NCBI GenBank assembly: GCA_051362555.1
Contig: CM120641.1
Coordinates: 18,166,001 to 18,230,000, forward strand
Length of the DNA: 64,000 nucleotides
Source of the DNA: Lingula anatina
Lineage: Eukaryota; Animalia; Brachiopoda
Direction: 5' to 3'
In this document: positions 22,244-35,340 of the stretch, piece after piece
How positions within the stretch are numbered: position 1 is the stretch's first letter
Layout of the letters: each line of letters opens with the position of its first letter
Program-made: the position numbers and the translations under genes
Notes under the pieces: generated by a model
What the model was told of the DNA's origin: nothing
The model's database searches: none
The model's input: only the letters and a program-made list of their open reading frames with translations

Positions 22244-25200
22244 TGAACCCCTTATTACCCTGGGAAAGAGTGGTACCCCCCTCCCTTTATCAACCTGGAG
22301 AAATGTGATAACACGTTTTCATGTTTTGTGAGTCTGGCAATGCCACCAGAACACCTGTTTTTGCTAAGAAGATTAGACTAATTTATCGGGATTGTAATTT
22401 GTGTGGAACTGTCATCTCCCGTGAGGTAAAAACAAACACGATGTATATTTTTTGGTTGATCAAATTTACATTTGGTTAATTCACTTATTTCTGTGCCATC
22501 AATAAATCTCATTTTCAAAGTAATATGTATATTTTTTGTCTTTTGGCAGACATACAAGTACGTCGTGAACAAAAGCATAGTTTGTTAACATCTTTTTTTT
22601 TTTGCGTAATCCAATCATTGCATCTATCCACAAGGCGAGTGTATTTTGCCAATATAACTTTGCTCCTGATTAAGAAACAGATGCTTTTAGATGTACTTCC
22701 TACTTTAAACCCCAGAATGATGTCCTCAGTGCTCAAGTCACCGGAAACGCTTAGTTTAGTTCATTTGTATGATATCTTGTTTCTGAAATCTATTTAATGG
22801 ACAGGTTTACGGATCGATTACCATTTTTGCTCTCGGCAAATGTTTCATCGCAAAGTCATCTTTGAGGATGTTATGAATAATAGATATTGTATGTAAGGAC
22901 GCGTTCTATTGATTCACTGTGTCTAGAATCCAAATCTTGCCTAGAGAACATCCACTTTTTTATAAATGGATTGTTTTTTTTAATCAAGATTACTATTCAT
23001 TACTCCCATATTCCTACCTATAGAACAATTAGATTTCTATTTTTACATGGGCCAGAAATCATATTATCATTGCCTGGCAAGGGTAATTGCAACTTGAATT
23101 TTTCCTTCAGCTGTATCCTTTTTGAAGTGAAATTAATGTCCCCAAACTGTGTAGTAGCTTTCCCCCCATTGAAAACAAATTTTATTTTTAAAATTGCGCC
23201 ACTAACTATAATAGTGCAGATTTAAATGCCAATGTCGCTTTTACTAATGACACTGAAAATGTTCACCGTAGATCTAATGGTTTAGAAAGAATGTGTTGAT
23301 TTTTCGCCAGTGCTCTACTGTGCTGTGTGGACACTAACTCACACACGTTCGCGTGTGCGCGCGTAGCACACCACCAACCACCTCTGGCACTCTCATCGTC
23401 TGCTTCTCCATTCAATGTCTAAAGGACAACATATGGTTTTGTGACCCCAAAACGGAGTTCAGCTCAGGCCTCCAACCCGCAGAGCGTAAAACTTGCATAG
23501 CGTGGCAATCTTTTAGGTGAATTATAAATGATATTTGTCATCTTTATCAGAATGAGATTATCAGTCAGATGTAAATGTGCCATTTATTCATATCTCAAAG
23601 TGGAAGCTTGCCTTACGGTCGGGTGATAAACGATAGCGTACTTGAAAAGGAAAATAAGTTCCAATAATAAATGTGATTAGATCACCAGTCAGAGAAGCTT
23701 GTTTTTTCCCCGGCAGATGCAAGTTATGCCTAAAAACATGTCTCCGGTGTTAGATTGTCATGGTAAAGTGTTTTTATAGTCTCTATGTAACTCCCTCAAA
23801 GAGATTCTGAAATGCTTTTCCTGAGAACCATTTTTGCAGAAAATGCAGGATAATGTGTGGTTAACGCACAGACATTACTATAATCATTCAACAAACGTCC
23901 AACTGCTGTTCATATATGGAGAAAGGCTGTTCTTTTTCCTATTAGTATGAGTTTCACTTGGACCCAATGCTGGATGTTCAAAAGCCTAATTGGGCACATT
24001 GTCCACGTTAGCTGCAGACATATATTGACACCAATAATAAGCCCTCCTGGCAAGTGGCGCAAGTCTCACTACTCGCGTGTCCTCCTTGTAATGGTGTAAT
24101 GTAGTCGCTCATACTGAGTTTTCTGAATTGACGGCCATTTTGATTTTTCAGAAATACTAAAAGTTGTGCGAATATCACCAAAGCTGATTATGTTTTTAAA
24201 CGACAACAAAAACATTTATATATGTAAACACACATGTAGAAAACGTTTTGAAAGAAATTGTAGAACAGAACATTTATAAGTAATCATTTCCAACCTGCAT
24301 TTAGTGCCCAGTACAACAATTATTATCTTTAAAAGATTCGCAGTAAAGAACATTTCAGGGCCAACATTTTGGCATTTGACTAAAAATACAGAGCTGGAAA
24401 ATTGTGGAAATTAAGTAAAGTTTCTGCATCACATCCGAGTTGGAAAATACTTTTCCCTTTACAGGCACTATTTCCTGTTATATTACCCTAATTCACTTAC
24501 CAAACCAACTTTGGCAAAAGATATGACAGCATTTGCGAGGAAACAAAAAAAACCTATTTCAAATGTTGATTTAACGTGTAAAGATCAACGGAAAAGCACG
24601 AGTCGATGCTTCAACGTTTGCACTGTTTTGCAACATTGCTTCAGAGCTTTGTTCACAATACCGTTACCTGTCTATTGGGAGACACTGATTAAAGTACTTC
24701 ACTGTATCAGCAAGTGTTGGCCTTAAAATGCAGTCAGTAGGTAAATATGTGCCACATACTGTGTCTCAAAAGAAATTGAAGTAAAACACATGCAGTGCAC
24801 ATGCCAAAGACCTCAGTAAACAGATGAAGAGGCTTCATGGTCATTGGTTATCGTCATTTGATGTCCGGGGGATCCATAAACTTCAAAGACATGATCACGA
24901 AAATGCTCTTAATTGTTAAATTATTCAAAGAGAGCATCGATTTGAGAATAGGTAAAATGCATCTCTGAAAGATGGTAAAAGATGAATGATTCTACAAATG
25001 TTAGATAGTTTAATCACATCTAAGCTACTTAAGCTCGGAGACCTTTGGGGAATTCTGACCTTAGACATTCTCAATGTAAAATAATAACAATATCATTTTT
25101 CACTTTCGTCTCATCACTGTGTACATACACTGTAATAAAATAAACTAAGTTTGTGTTAATTTAACTATAAAATGGAACTCAAAGAAGTTTGGCTATTACA

Positions 25201-26908
25201 GATACAATTTCTTCGTGATATTCTTTTATTTTTTTTACTTTCGGCGTCATTACGAATAACGAAAAACCTATGTTAACCAATAGGAAATTCAGGCCTCAAA
25301 AGTTATGGCTTCAGTGAAAATAATCTTCCTGTTTATTTATACTACATGCAGTATCTTTTACACCTCAAACATCCACTTTGCATCACGAAATGAGTACTTC
25401 AATCTACCAGCCCATTTTCACATTGTCATCTGTCATATTTTGACTTGGCAATCAAGGACCGGTATCATACAAAAATGACTTCGAGTTCGAAGGTTTGTCT
25501 TTCAGATAGCGAATTTCGGTCTGTTTTGACACAGGATAAATCGTCGGTAGCCCACCCCAATAAAGATATTAAATTGGGTCTGTATTACCAAACTGACCGG
25601 GGAGACTTATCCAGGTGGAAGGGTAATGGCATGATATCACACACGATATGCCTCTCCTCTATTGCCTCCCTGACCGCCGTGCATTTATAAGAGAGGAAGA
25701 AAAGGAAAAGTAGAGGCAGGATGACGGATTAAAATATCTATTATGGAAAACTAAATAAGACGGTTTGAAATAGACATGAGTAAAGTGGAAGTAAAAATTC
25801 AAACACAAAGGGGAAATAGATTACATAAACTCGTCAAAGAAATATTATGAAAATAAGTTAACGCACGTACTTATCGGGAGATGTACATGCACCTGCTTTA
25901 TAAAGCAAGGTATTACATCACATGTATCATTTTCATTTCCATGTGTTGATCCACTTCCTGATTTGAACTACAATCAGCCAGCAATTAAGACATCTCCGGA
26001 AGTTCCCTTAACAGCCAAGGAGAACTGAAGAATAGATTGAATTATTATCACTAAGCGTCATCAGGATGCGATGTGCACATATTTAAAACATCTCAGTAAC
26101 AGAATGATATTCCAAAGAGACCAACGAAAGGAAAAATATATATACATAAACTATATATTCATTAAATATACATGTGTGTACATGTATATATACATGGGCA
26201 GGTCGCCTAAAGATTAACATCTGTACGATCTCCAACATGAGACGCTTTGCAAAAGCATTTTGAAAAATCATTATTGTATTTTACGTTTTCTGTAATTACT
26301 TTTCTGATTGGTTAATTACACAAAATGGGTCTCACTACGGCCAAATTCTATCACAAATTAATCTGTCTGATACTCGTTGGGTCTATCGATAAACTTAGGA
26401 GTCGTAAAAAGTAGGGTAATAGCTTCACTTTTTTTTCTTTGCAAGAAGCCAAGAAGCTAACCTTGTTGCAAAAGCTCTGACGAATATCAATTGTATAATT
26501 CAATGGTAAGTGGATGTGTACTGCTGTCGCTAATTGCTGAAAAACACTTTACCAGAGGTGATAAATGGAAGCGTTGTCGCCTAGGATAGGTGTTACACCT
26601 GTTAGTTTCGTGTAAAACTTCAACAAAATGGTACTCAATAAAATTCTCTAGTGTTTTTATTTTAGACTATAGCTAAGCTGTGACGAAGCTTAGACTCAAT
26701 AAATTCTAAATAACTGTGTTTTTACCATTAGGCAGCTCATGCAATTAGTACAGATATTTTACGAAAGCACATTTTCACGCTTTTTCAGGTTTTTCGCTAA
26801 GTGATTTGGTAAATTGGCAAATGCTATTTCAACATAGCGATGGCTATGAAATTACCAGAATAGTTTTATTGACAACCTGTTAGTGTCTATTTCGGCAAAC
26901 CATGGATT

Positions 26909-26969
26909 TTAGGAAGGGCGGATTGATTTACGTTGACTTTAGGAAGGGCGGATTGATTTACGTTGACTT
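26909..26969. repeat. 30-bp tandem duplication
   Basis: TTAGGAAGGGCGGATTGATTTACGTTGACT twice. Confidence 0.9.
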
Positions 26970-27930
26970 GTATTTAAGGCAATGCGTTTTACATTTAACA
27001 GGCCAAAAATGATAGAATAGAAAGGATCGAAGGATCGAAGGTACATCATTATATCAATGGTATCGCACAATCCGGACACTAATGTACTGAATCTGAAGTT
27101 ACCAGCCCCATCTAACGTCAAAGAACGGTACACGAGGACTTTGCATGTTTTGTTTGACGGCAAACGTCACGATTTTGACAACATATTGCACAGTGCTGAC
27201 ATTTATTATTAAATTTTTTTCAAATCATTTTCTTCTATTTTTCTGAGTAATAAACGAAAACAAAAGTTTAAATCGTATTTCATAGTTCTTTATAATTTCT
27301 TCAGTGTCGTTGTTCGTTTATTGAGTTCATCAATAGAGCATTGCAAAATTACACGTCTGCAAGAAATGTTTGTGAAAATAGATTTTATTTCTTTAAGGAC
27401 TTTGGTAGTTTACTACAGCCCCGTTCCTCTCTCACTGAGCAATAAATGATAATTATATAGTTCATAGTGGGTACATGTACATCATGTGCATGGTTTGGTA
27501 AGATTAAAGAAGATATCATAATAACAACAATATATGATAGAGACAGAGACAGTACAAGAGAAAAAGTTCATCAGTAGCTCTTGGGCTTTTCAAGGTCTCA
27601 AAGGTTATTTCAGTTGGACGGTGGGACAATAGTAAACCGAACAGACAGACGAACATCTCGAGTGCTTGTTAAGACATACGACGTCATCATCTCCTTCTAG
27701 AGGTGCTTGATTCGTTTCGTTACAAAATCAATTTTGCTAGAAAGAATCTACCAGCTGTGTGTTGTTGTGCGTTTGTGTGCTCTCGTGAGAGAAGTTAGAA
27801 CAAGTACAGCTGATATTTGAAATCAGCGTCTTGTCATCGCACACAGAAAATAATTAAATTAAGAGAGAAAGGCAAAAATCCATCATTTGACGGCATAGTG
27901 ATGAATGTGTGTCCGTGACGGTCCCATGCT

Positions 27931-28937
27931 TTACTTTCTTCTCCACATTCCAATTTCTAATTTCTTCAGAGAAGGGCATTTGTAGAGCAGCAAGCGGCTT
28001 GCTGGGATTCCTTGAAGAAAGTCCATCATACAGAATTCGTTTGCGCAGGGCATGAGGTATTTTTCGTCCTGAAACGAAAATAAAAATAAATAAATAATAT
28101 GTATTAATATAGAATAAACACGTTTGTGTACTTAATGGGGAATGGGAGTGGTTCTCGGCTTCCTTGTCTGCCGAAGCAAAAAGTCGGAATAACGTCACCC
28201 CCCTCCCAAAATTTTTAGGAAATCTGGGGCATTTGTTATTACATGTACATGTTTAGGGAAATCAACACAAACTATGGATCCAGGAAACGAAACAATTTCC
28301 CATCCTAATGGATATCGTAATGTTGTCTTTGATGTTTCAGAGAACATTGAGATCAGGAACTACCCGAGGCCATTGGTGTCAGATTATCGAAACAATCGGA
28401 CTTTAATTAACACAAGATGTCATTTAATCATTGCAAGCACTGTCAAAGCTCTTTTTTCTAGTGCAGAGATATGTGATTATATCCCATGGCAATCAGACAA
28501 CCTGAAACTATTTGGAAACTTTTTTGTCAAAAGCTGCATTTCAAGGTGATTTTAAAGGAAAGAAAAACATTTTTTTAGATCAAACAGCGAGTTCAATGAT
28601 TAGTATGGCGTATTTTTTGCGGTCGTATGATAATTGATTTATTTTTAATATTTCAAATAAACCACTTGGCTATCGGCTAAATGCTCTATTATATGATTGC
28701 TGATGTATTTCGGCTGATCAAAATAAGAAGCGATGGAGATTTTTTTTGTCTTTTATTTACTAAAATGCGATAAAGTAGCAGACGACAACTTACCTTTCCA
28801 TCAAAACACACCAAACATTGTTCTAAACACAATTTTACATCGTATACATCATCTCTCGGCTTTTTGGGTGCTGCCGCAATCGTTGAAAGGACAACGAAGA
28901 AGGTTGCTACTGCCACGAGTATCACAGGAGATTTCAT
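27931..28937 (-). CDS. Secreted six-cysteine eclosion-hormone-like neuropeptide precursor (93 aa, two coding exons)
   Basis: Exons 28937-28794 (AAG|gtaagt) and 28068-27931 (tttcag|GAC), phase 0, give MKSPVILVAVATFFVVLSTIAAAPKKPRDDVYDVKLCLEQCLVCFDGKDEKYLMPCANEFCMMDFLQGIPASRLLLYKCPSLKKLEIGMWRRK. Signal peptide plus C-x3-C-x2-C-x11-C-x4-C-x17-C. Gene model is strong; family call rests on the cysteine pattern only. Confidence 0.75.
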
Positions 28938-29789
28938 CTTTATTCTGTTCTTCTAAAAAGGAAATAAAAATTAAAATTTTTAATATCAGCGCGGCGCTAA
29001 AAACTCATAAAATTGCGTTTCTTTCCAGGACGGATAACAGAGACACTGCTATCTGTTGGTTAAAAGCCATGGGGGCATTTTGTTTGCCAAAATAAACCAA
29101 CCTTTGATATTAATAATAACCATATAGCGCGTCATATTTTAAAACATATACAATGATAATTTGTAATGAAATTACATGTCTCACACGGAAACAGGCAAGA
29201 GGTAATAAAATATTTTGAAAAAATGAATGACGTGAAGTTGATATCTGGCATTACTTGAGAACTATCTGGAGTGTGATCTAAAACTGTTTCATTATGGATA
29301 ATTTTGCGCCAACAACTCGTCCCCTATATTTTTAAGACTCTAAACTCCCCAAACTTTTGATGATAAACACTTTTAAAAGTACTCATCCAAAAAGAAAGAT
29401 GATTTGGTATCAACCAAATTTTACTCATGCCAATTAAATGAGAGAAATTAAGAACTATTGAATACTTTTTGAGTTTATCTGCTTACAGACACACACAAAT
29501 TAATAATGAAATAATATAATACAGAATAAAAATGAATATATCTCGAGAGGTCCCGATACCCCCGCCACTAAGCGATGAAAATAACTGCGGACTACATTTG
29601 TATCGCATCATCAAGTATACACATCATGTTTAGCCAAAAAATGAGCAACGGTTCTGGTTTAAATGGGATTACGTCTGAACCGTAATTATTCTCATCTGTT
29701 ACGACTTTCTTTCTATCTTAACAAAGTATCGATATAAAGTATCGTTTCAGTGACGTGCCGTTTACGCGATGGCAAATAAAAGCCAAGGT

Positions 29790-30050
29790 GTTTACCCCAT
29801 TACTGTACCCTACGGACGGCTTTTCATACCCTACTCCTCTTGTCGCCTTAACTGTACCCCCTGACGCCAATACTGTATCATTCCTACCGCCTTTTCTGAA
29901 CTAATGACGCCTAACGTACCCCTGACGGGCTTATTAGTACCATCGCCCTAGCTGTACATCCTTGAAGCTTCTTCTGTAACCCTTGCTACTCTTACTGTAC
30001 CCCCCTCGACGCCTTCACAGTACCCCTGTGCCATCTGTACTGTATTCCCC
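29790..30050. repeat. Degenerate C-rich minisatellite with TACTGTACCC core
   Basis: Recurrent ctgtaccc/gacgcc motifs at roughly 20-nt spacing. Confidence 0.6.
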
Positions 30051-30277
30051 CACTTTCCAGAAACACCTGCATCAATCATCGCCTATCAAGCATTGTTAGT
30101 TGACAATGCGACTGGCATTTATCTCCTATTCGCCAAATGAATAAACATCGTGCAAAAAGCAACTAGATTTATTCCTGTTTTATGACCTGAACCTGCCTCA
30201 GAATGTAGATAAAAGCAATGACATTTATTGTGTGCCTGTGAGTGATTCAGTGCATATTTAACGCTATGCGCTGGTAT

Positions 30278-30311
<34 letters not shown>

Positions 30312-31200
30312 TGATTTCCCTGTTGCTGCACGATGACAGTAATTGTTTGTTTAAGAAGTGACCAGTTATATCAAAACACAAAAGCCAACACCCACGAATA
30401 CATCAAGGACAATCGCATTATTTAGCATGTAAGGATGGTAAATGACTGGCGTGAAAGAGCCAATAAAATTAAGCTCATCATTTTGCCACTAAACCTTTTT
30501 ATTTTTATTTATTTATTTGTTTATCTATTTTTATTTTATTATTTTTTATTATTTTTGAAGACCAATATGTCAACATCACATTACCGACTCTTTCTAGATA
30601 AATCTGTTGTGATCCTTTCAATAGTTTTCATTATCATTCTTAAATAAAGTAATACATTTTCTCTTCCTGCTTGATCTTTAATTTCAAATTCTTTTAGAAA
30701 CTGGTCCAGTCTAAATGTCTCAATATTCATCCATATAACGCTGATATAATAATAATGATGATTACGATTTAGGCACATATGATCGGCCTTTTTAAATAAT
30801 AAATGAATTAATCAAAATTTTGGCCTTCATCTTGGCCCGTCTTTACGCCTTTGATTGTCTGCCAACAAACCCCATTATAACATTTGATGTTTAACCATTT
30901 CCTGTTCCTTTTTTTTTCTCCATACAATATAAAGAAAACGGTCAAAGGATATCTTTTCCAGTAGTTAGTTTAAAGTACGCTTGTCATCTAAAAGATGAGC
31001 TGTTTTTTTCCTCGAACAGATAAAAGCAAACAATTGTCATTTATCACAGTGACGATGTTTCATATTATGGCAATGATCATAATTGAAATATAATTAGTAA
31101 CAATAATAATTACAATGTTCGAGAGCAAAAAGATGGTATTCAAAGAAGATAAAAGATAATCGCCAAACTGTGACTTTTATTGTGTACAATCCCCAAAAAG

Positions 31201-31245
31201 TCTTACCTGAAAGGGTACAAAATAAAAAAAAAAAGAAGAAGAAGA
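31201..31245 (-). promoter_or_regulatory. Candidate recursive splice site (3'ss immediately followed by 5'ss)
   Basis: Minus strand reads TTCTTCTTTTTTTTTTTATTTTGTACCCTTTCAG|GTAAGA, junction 31207/31206. Confidence 0.5.
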
Positions 31246-34200
31246 ATATACCATATTAGTGGATATTTGACAGCATCTAAATTTATGTAAGGGATGTTGA
31301 TTGGGCGAAAAGTCGACTATACTAGTAGAGTGTCCTTCGGAGGAAAACCATTAATGCCAAGTGCTGTGTTCCCACTCATTGTTTCCTACAGTCTAAATGG
31401 GATATTATAGTCAATGTGCAATATTGAATACTATACAACAGCTTGGCAAATTGCATTTGATTGAGGAACCCATGTAGGAATAAATAAATGTTGTTTTGCC
31501 AATAATGCGGTAACGTTTCCGCAATATTTCTCGGTGTTATTCCCAAGACGCAGGTAATAAGGCTTTAATTGCTTTGATTTCTCATTAAAGGATACAGTGA
31601 CTTCTTGGGGCCCAAAATGAACAAAATAATGGTCTCTAGTCATTTGTAGTCACTTTTTTCTGCTCATTTTATCACTTTGGGAATTGACAAGAGAAGCTTG
31701 GGTTATTAACCGGTAACCGACTTCATGTATGTAAGTGTAGATCACGGCCCACTGCATTACGGCAGAACGTGTTAAACACCAGTGAAATATCAAGGTTCAG
31801 AATAAGGACGACATTGAAAAGTGAACAGTTTTTAGCAGACACATAAAAACCTTAAGAATTATCTCGTGCTGTAGATTGCGCAGAGCATACCTGAGATGTC
31901 TATCGATATTCAGACGTTGTTCCAGCCATTTCTTTTGTTTGACTGCATTGACTTTACAAAGTAAACCAGATATTAACTGAATGAAAATCTATTCTGTGTT
32001 AAAAATGTAACATGGGATTAACTTTTTTTCTTCTTCAACGACCTCATCAGCTTATAATCTGGCAGCCTTTTTTATATGCAATCATGTTGTGACCACCCCT
32101 TATACCATCGCTGGCAGGACAAATGTCATTAAAACCACATTCTGTAAACTAGCTGTTTTCTCTAATTGCAGCACATGACACTGTGTGACATAACAGCAAT
32201 ATTTCATCGTAAAGCCAGTTTCTGTGCAATGAGCCTTAAATTTGCTTGACTGGAGCATGTAAGTTTCGTTATGTAAAAACTTTTAATTTCAGACTAAATG
32301 AGTCGATACTAGAGTCAAGAAAGCATCAAAACTGAGAGTACAGTACGGAAGCGTGTAAGGATCACAACACCACACGAACGTCATAGGATTTCAACTCGGA
32401 AGATTTCAATGAATTTGGTTAACGTGAAGTGGCGACTCGAGGGAATTTGTTTCCCCTTATTGAACAAGGTGAGAATGTTAGGTTTGGAATAAGTATGGTA
32501 AACATAAATTGAGTGCAAATTGCCTCAGGTGAATAAGAAGGTATTGCTGTTGAACAGTTGTCCAAATCCTAACGAATGCTTACTATTAACGGTATCTTCC
32601 CTCAAGCCAATCTATATGTGTAGTATCTAATCCAATTATGTTTCTCACAACACGGTTACCGTTGCAAATTGCTGTAAATTCACCTTTTACTGTTGCAATC
32701 CGTTATTGAAGCAAGCCTCCTAACAATACATCTAATCATTTGCAGTATGTTTAAGGAGAAGTGACGCATAATCTACACAAAAATAGAGGGTAGTTGCTCC
32801 CTTTTACAACCTAACAGGCCCATGGGCGTTTTACTGCGGTTTGTCCACTAATTCGGACAGCAGTTATATCAGATTTGGCGGAAGTTGAGGTCAAATGTTA
32901 GAAGAGAAACATTAAGTCAACTTAAAGATTGTGTTCCAACAACCTGACTTGTATCGTTTTTTATACAATGGCTGCGATGAAATGAAACTAAATAATATTG
33001 AATACCAAACACCGCACGGCAAGCTCAAAATTCCGAAACGTTTCGTAGAAGCCTCCCCAGATCGGTTCATTCGGATGTACGCGTAAAACATTTAAAGTGA
33101 TGCAATCAGGATCAACTGTTTTAGTTTGGATAACCTAGACTTAGCCGGGTCCTAGTTCGTTTGGCTTTAAGGCATTTCGTGGAAATGCAACAGATGGCAC
33201 GTTCAAATTTAGAATTCATGTTTTGTTTGAGGCACATCATCTTGCATAAGTCTTTCTACCTTTGTTCTAATGTTGCGTTTGGTTTCAAGATTTTCTTGGT
33301 CACCAGAGAAGATATTAATACAATTCTAAATACATGGTGTACTTATGGGAATGAACTTGAGAACTGTATCTCATTTTTTTCTGTAAATTTGCAGTTCAGA
33401 ATTCATTAGCAATGACGTGAAAGTGGTCTTTGCCTACAAGATTTTCTGCCTGCTGCGAGCACTAAGTATGGAACGCACTGGCAGATCTAGGATTTTGCAG
33501 GGACGGGAAGAACAAGGCTGGGTTTTAGAACTTCTTTGTCTCTCTCCTACTGGCAAAAAAGCAGATGATGACAATGATAATTTGTCATATGGGACACAGC
33601 AATGGAAAAATGTGTGGTTCATTAAGGTGTGATTCATAAATGATAAATATACACAATCAAGTAAATGCAACCATTTGCAAAAAACTTTATGGTCTCTTGA
33701 ATCAATTAATGACTCAAGTATTTGTTAGAAAAAGCGTTGCTTTCAACAAGAAGACATTTTTATTTTAGATAATGCATGGATAATTGAACACGAAGGTCTA
33801 AGTGTAAACTCCAAAATCTTGTTTGAAAGCATAAGAAAGGTATAGACCCCTTGTTATTATTTTTGCATTATTTTAGTTGTATTTTTGTTGACATCGCCCT
33901 CCTCTAATACAGTTTTACTGATATCGTGGGAGTTTGAGTCATGTACATCTTAAGTGAAGTGATTGATTAGTACTTCACTCTCTGATTAGACTATTGGTGT
34001 TTTGCTTATTACATATTGACCACCCAATAACGTGTTACATAAAGTAATGCAGGAATCATTAAGAATGCACACTCCCGTCACGATTTAATTATTTTCCTAA
34101 GTACCCAACCCTTAAAGTCATGCGATTTGATTTAGCAATGGATTTTTAAAGGTAACTTGAGGATCAGAAAGATGGAAACACAATGTATTCATTGATTGAA

Positions 34201-35258
34201 CAAAAAACTTTTCATTGAAGAACGTTAACAAAATTCGATAATCTTTCCAGAAAGAATTACCTACCATGCTTTTGAACACAGACACCAACTGCAGTAGAAA
34301 TTTCTTGGAATAGAGGAATATGTCAGATGTATACTAATCTCGTGTGTCTGAAGAAAAAACTTACTTTTGAGGAAAGAATGTGGTTTATCTTTTTTTCTAT
34401 TTTTCAATTGCCAAGTCATATATTCTCCTCCCGTCTTTTTGTCGTCAAGCCGATTAAAGAAAAATAAATTGTATGTGCGTGCACTGAATGTGAGGGATTT
34501 AGGTGGACGTGCTCGAATTTGCCTGCTGAGCGATTTTAGTGAAAAAGCAGAAGAAAGAGCAAATGCATTACTTAATTGATAGCTAACTAGGTTTGATTGA
34601 CTTGAATAACATTTCCTCAACAGAATTCTATTTTGGCATCAATCTTAAAAGTCGAGTTCAAGACTACCAATTGGAATTGATTCTTTATCGCAATCGCGTG
34701 GGAAGAAGCCAGGGAGCACAATAAGTTTAAATGCCAGTTACAGACAAAGTGGTTGAATTCATTCGCAGTGGCGCTTTTAGTCTGCAATCTAAAAGCTGAC
34801 CATGAGACAGAGGTAAAATTCAGACGAAGAAGGGAAATGAGGTCTGATCTACAGAGTGCTAACATGGTGTACTCTTCCATAACTTTCCCACCTTAGAAGG
34901 TGTTCTCAAGTTAAACTCATCACAACAGCAATATTTCCATTGACTTTGCTTGCCAGTTCAAGATTACCAAAGGAATCTCAAATCTTAGGAAAACCGAAAG
35001 GGAAGGTAAAAATTCAACAAACAATAATATCATTTATCCTTTTGAAACGATTCGCCTTTCTCTACTTTTAAGAAATAGGTGTTTGATTTCTATCGTTATC
35101 TTGTATTTAGTTTCGCCCACATATCTATACAAAAAAGTATAAATTTCCTTCTTTCCTTCTAACACCCCTCTCACCCATATAATTTGTATTATCCTTTACT
35201 CTTAATTCCTCCCAGCAATAAGATAACCAAAGCAATCCTTATTTTTCTACATTACCAA

Positions 35259-35261
<3 letters not shown>

Positions 35262-35291
<30 letters not shown>
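35262..35291. repeat. (CT)n microsatellite
   Basis: About 15 CT units. Confidence 0.95.
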
Positions 35292-35294
<3 letters not shown>

Positions 35295-35324
35295 GCATTA
35301 CATAAATGTTAACATATCAACTCA

Positions 35325-35340
35325 CCAGTAGGTGGCGCTG
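35325..35340 (+). promoter_or_regulatory. CTCF consensus binding motif
   Basis: CCAGTAGGTGGCGCTG fits the CCASYAGRKGGCRS core without mismatch. Confidence 0.55.

Noticed and set aside
22300-27800. Possible additional gene between the Ig gene and the EH-like gene
   Set aside because: Only short ORFs without recognisable motifs or a consistent exon chain.
27854-28198. 114-aa ORF in the track
   Set aside because: Wrong frame; the phase-0 splice gives the Cys-containing frame ending at 27931.
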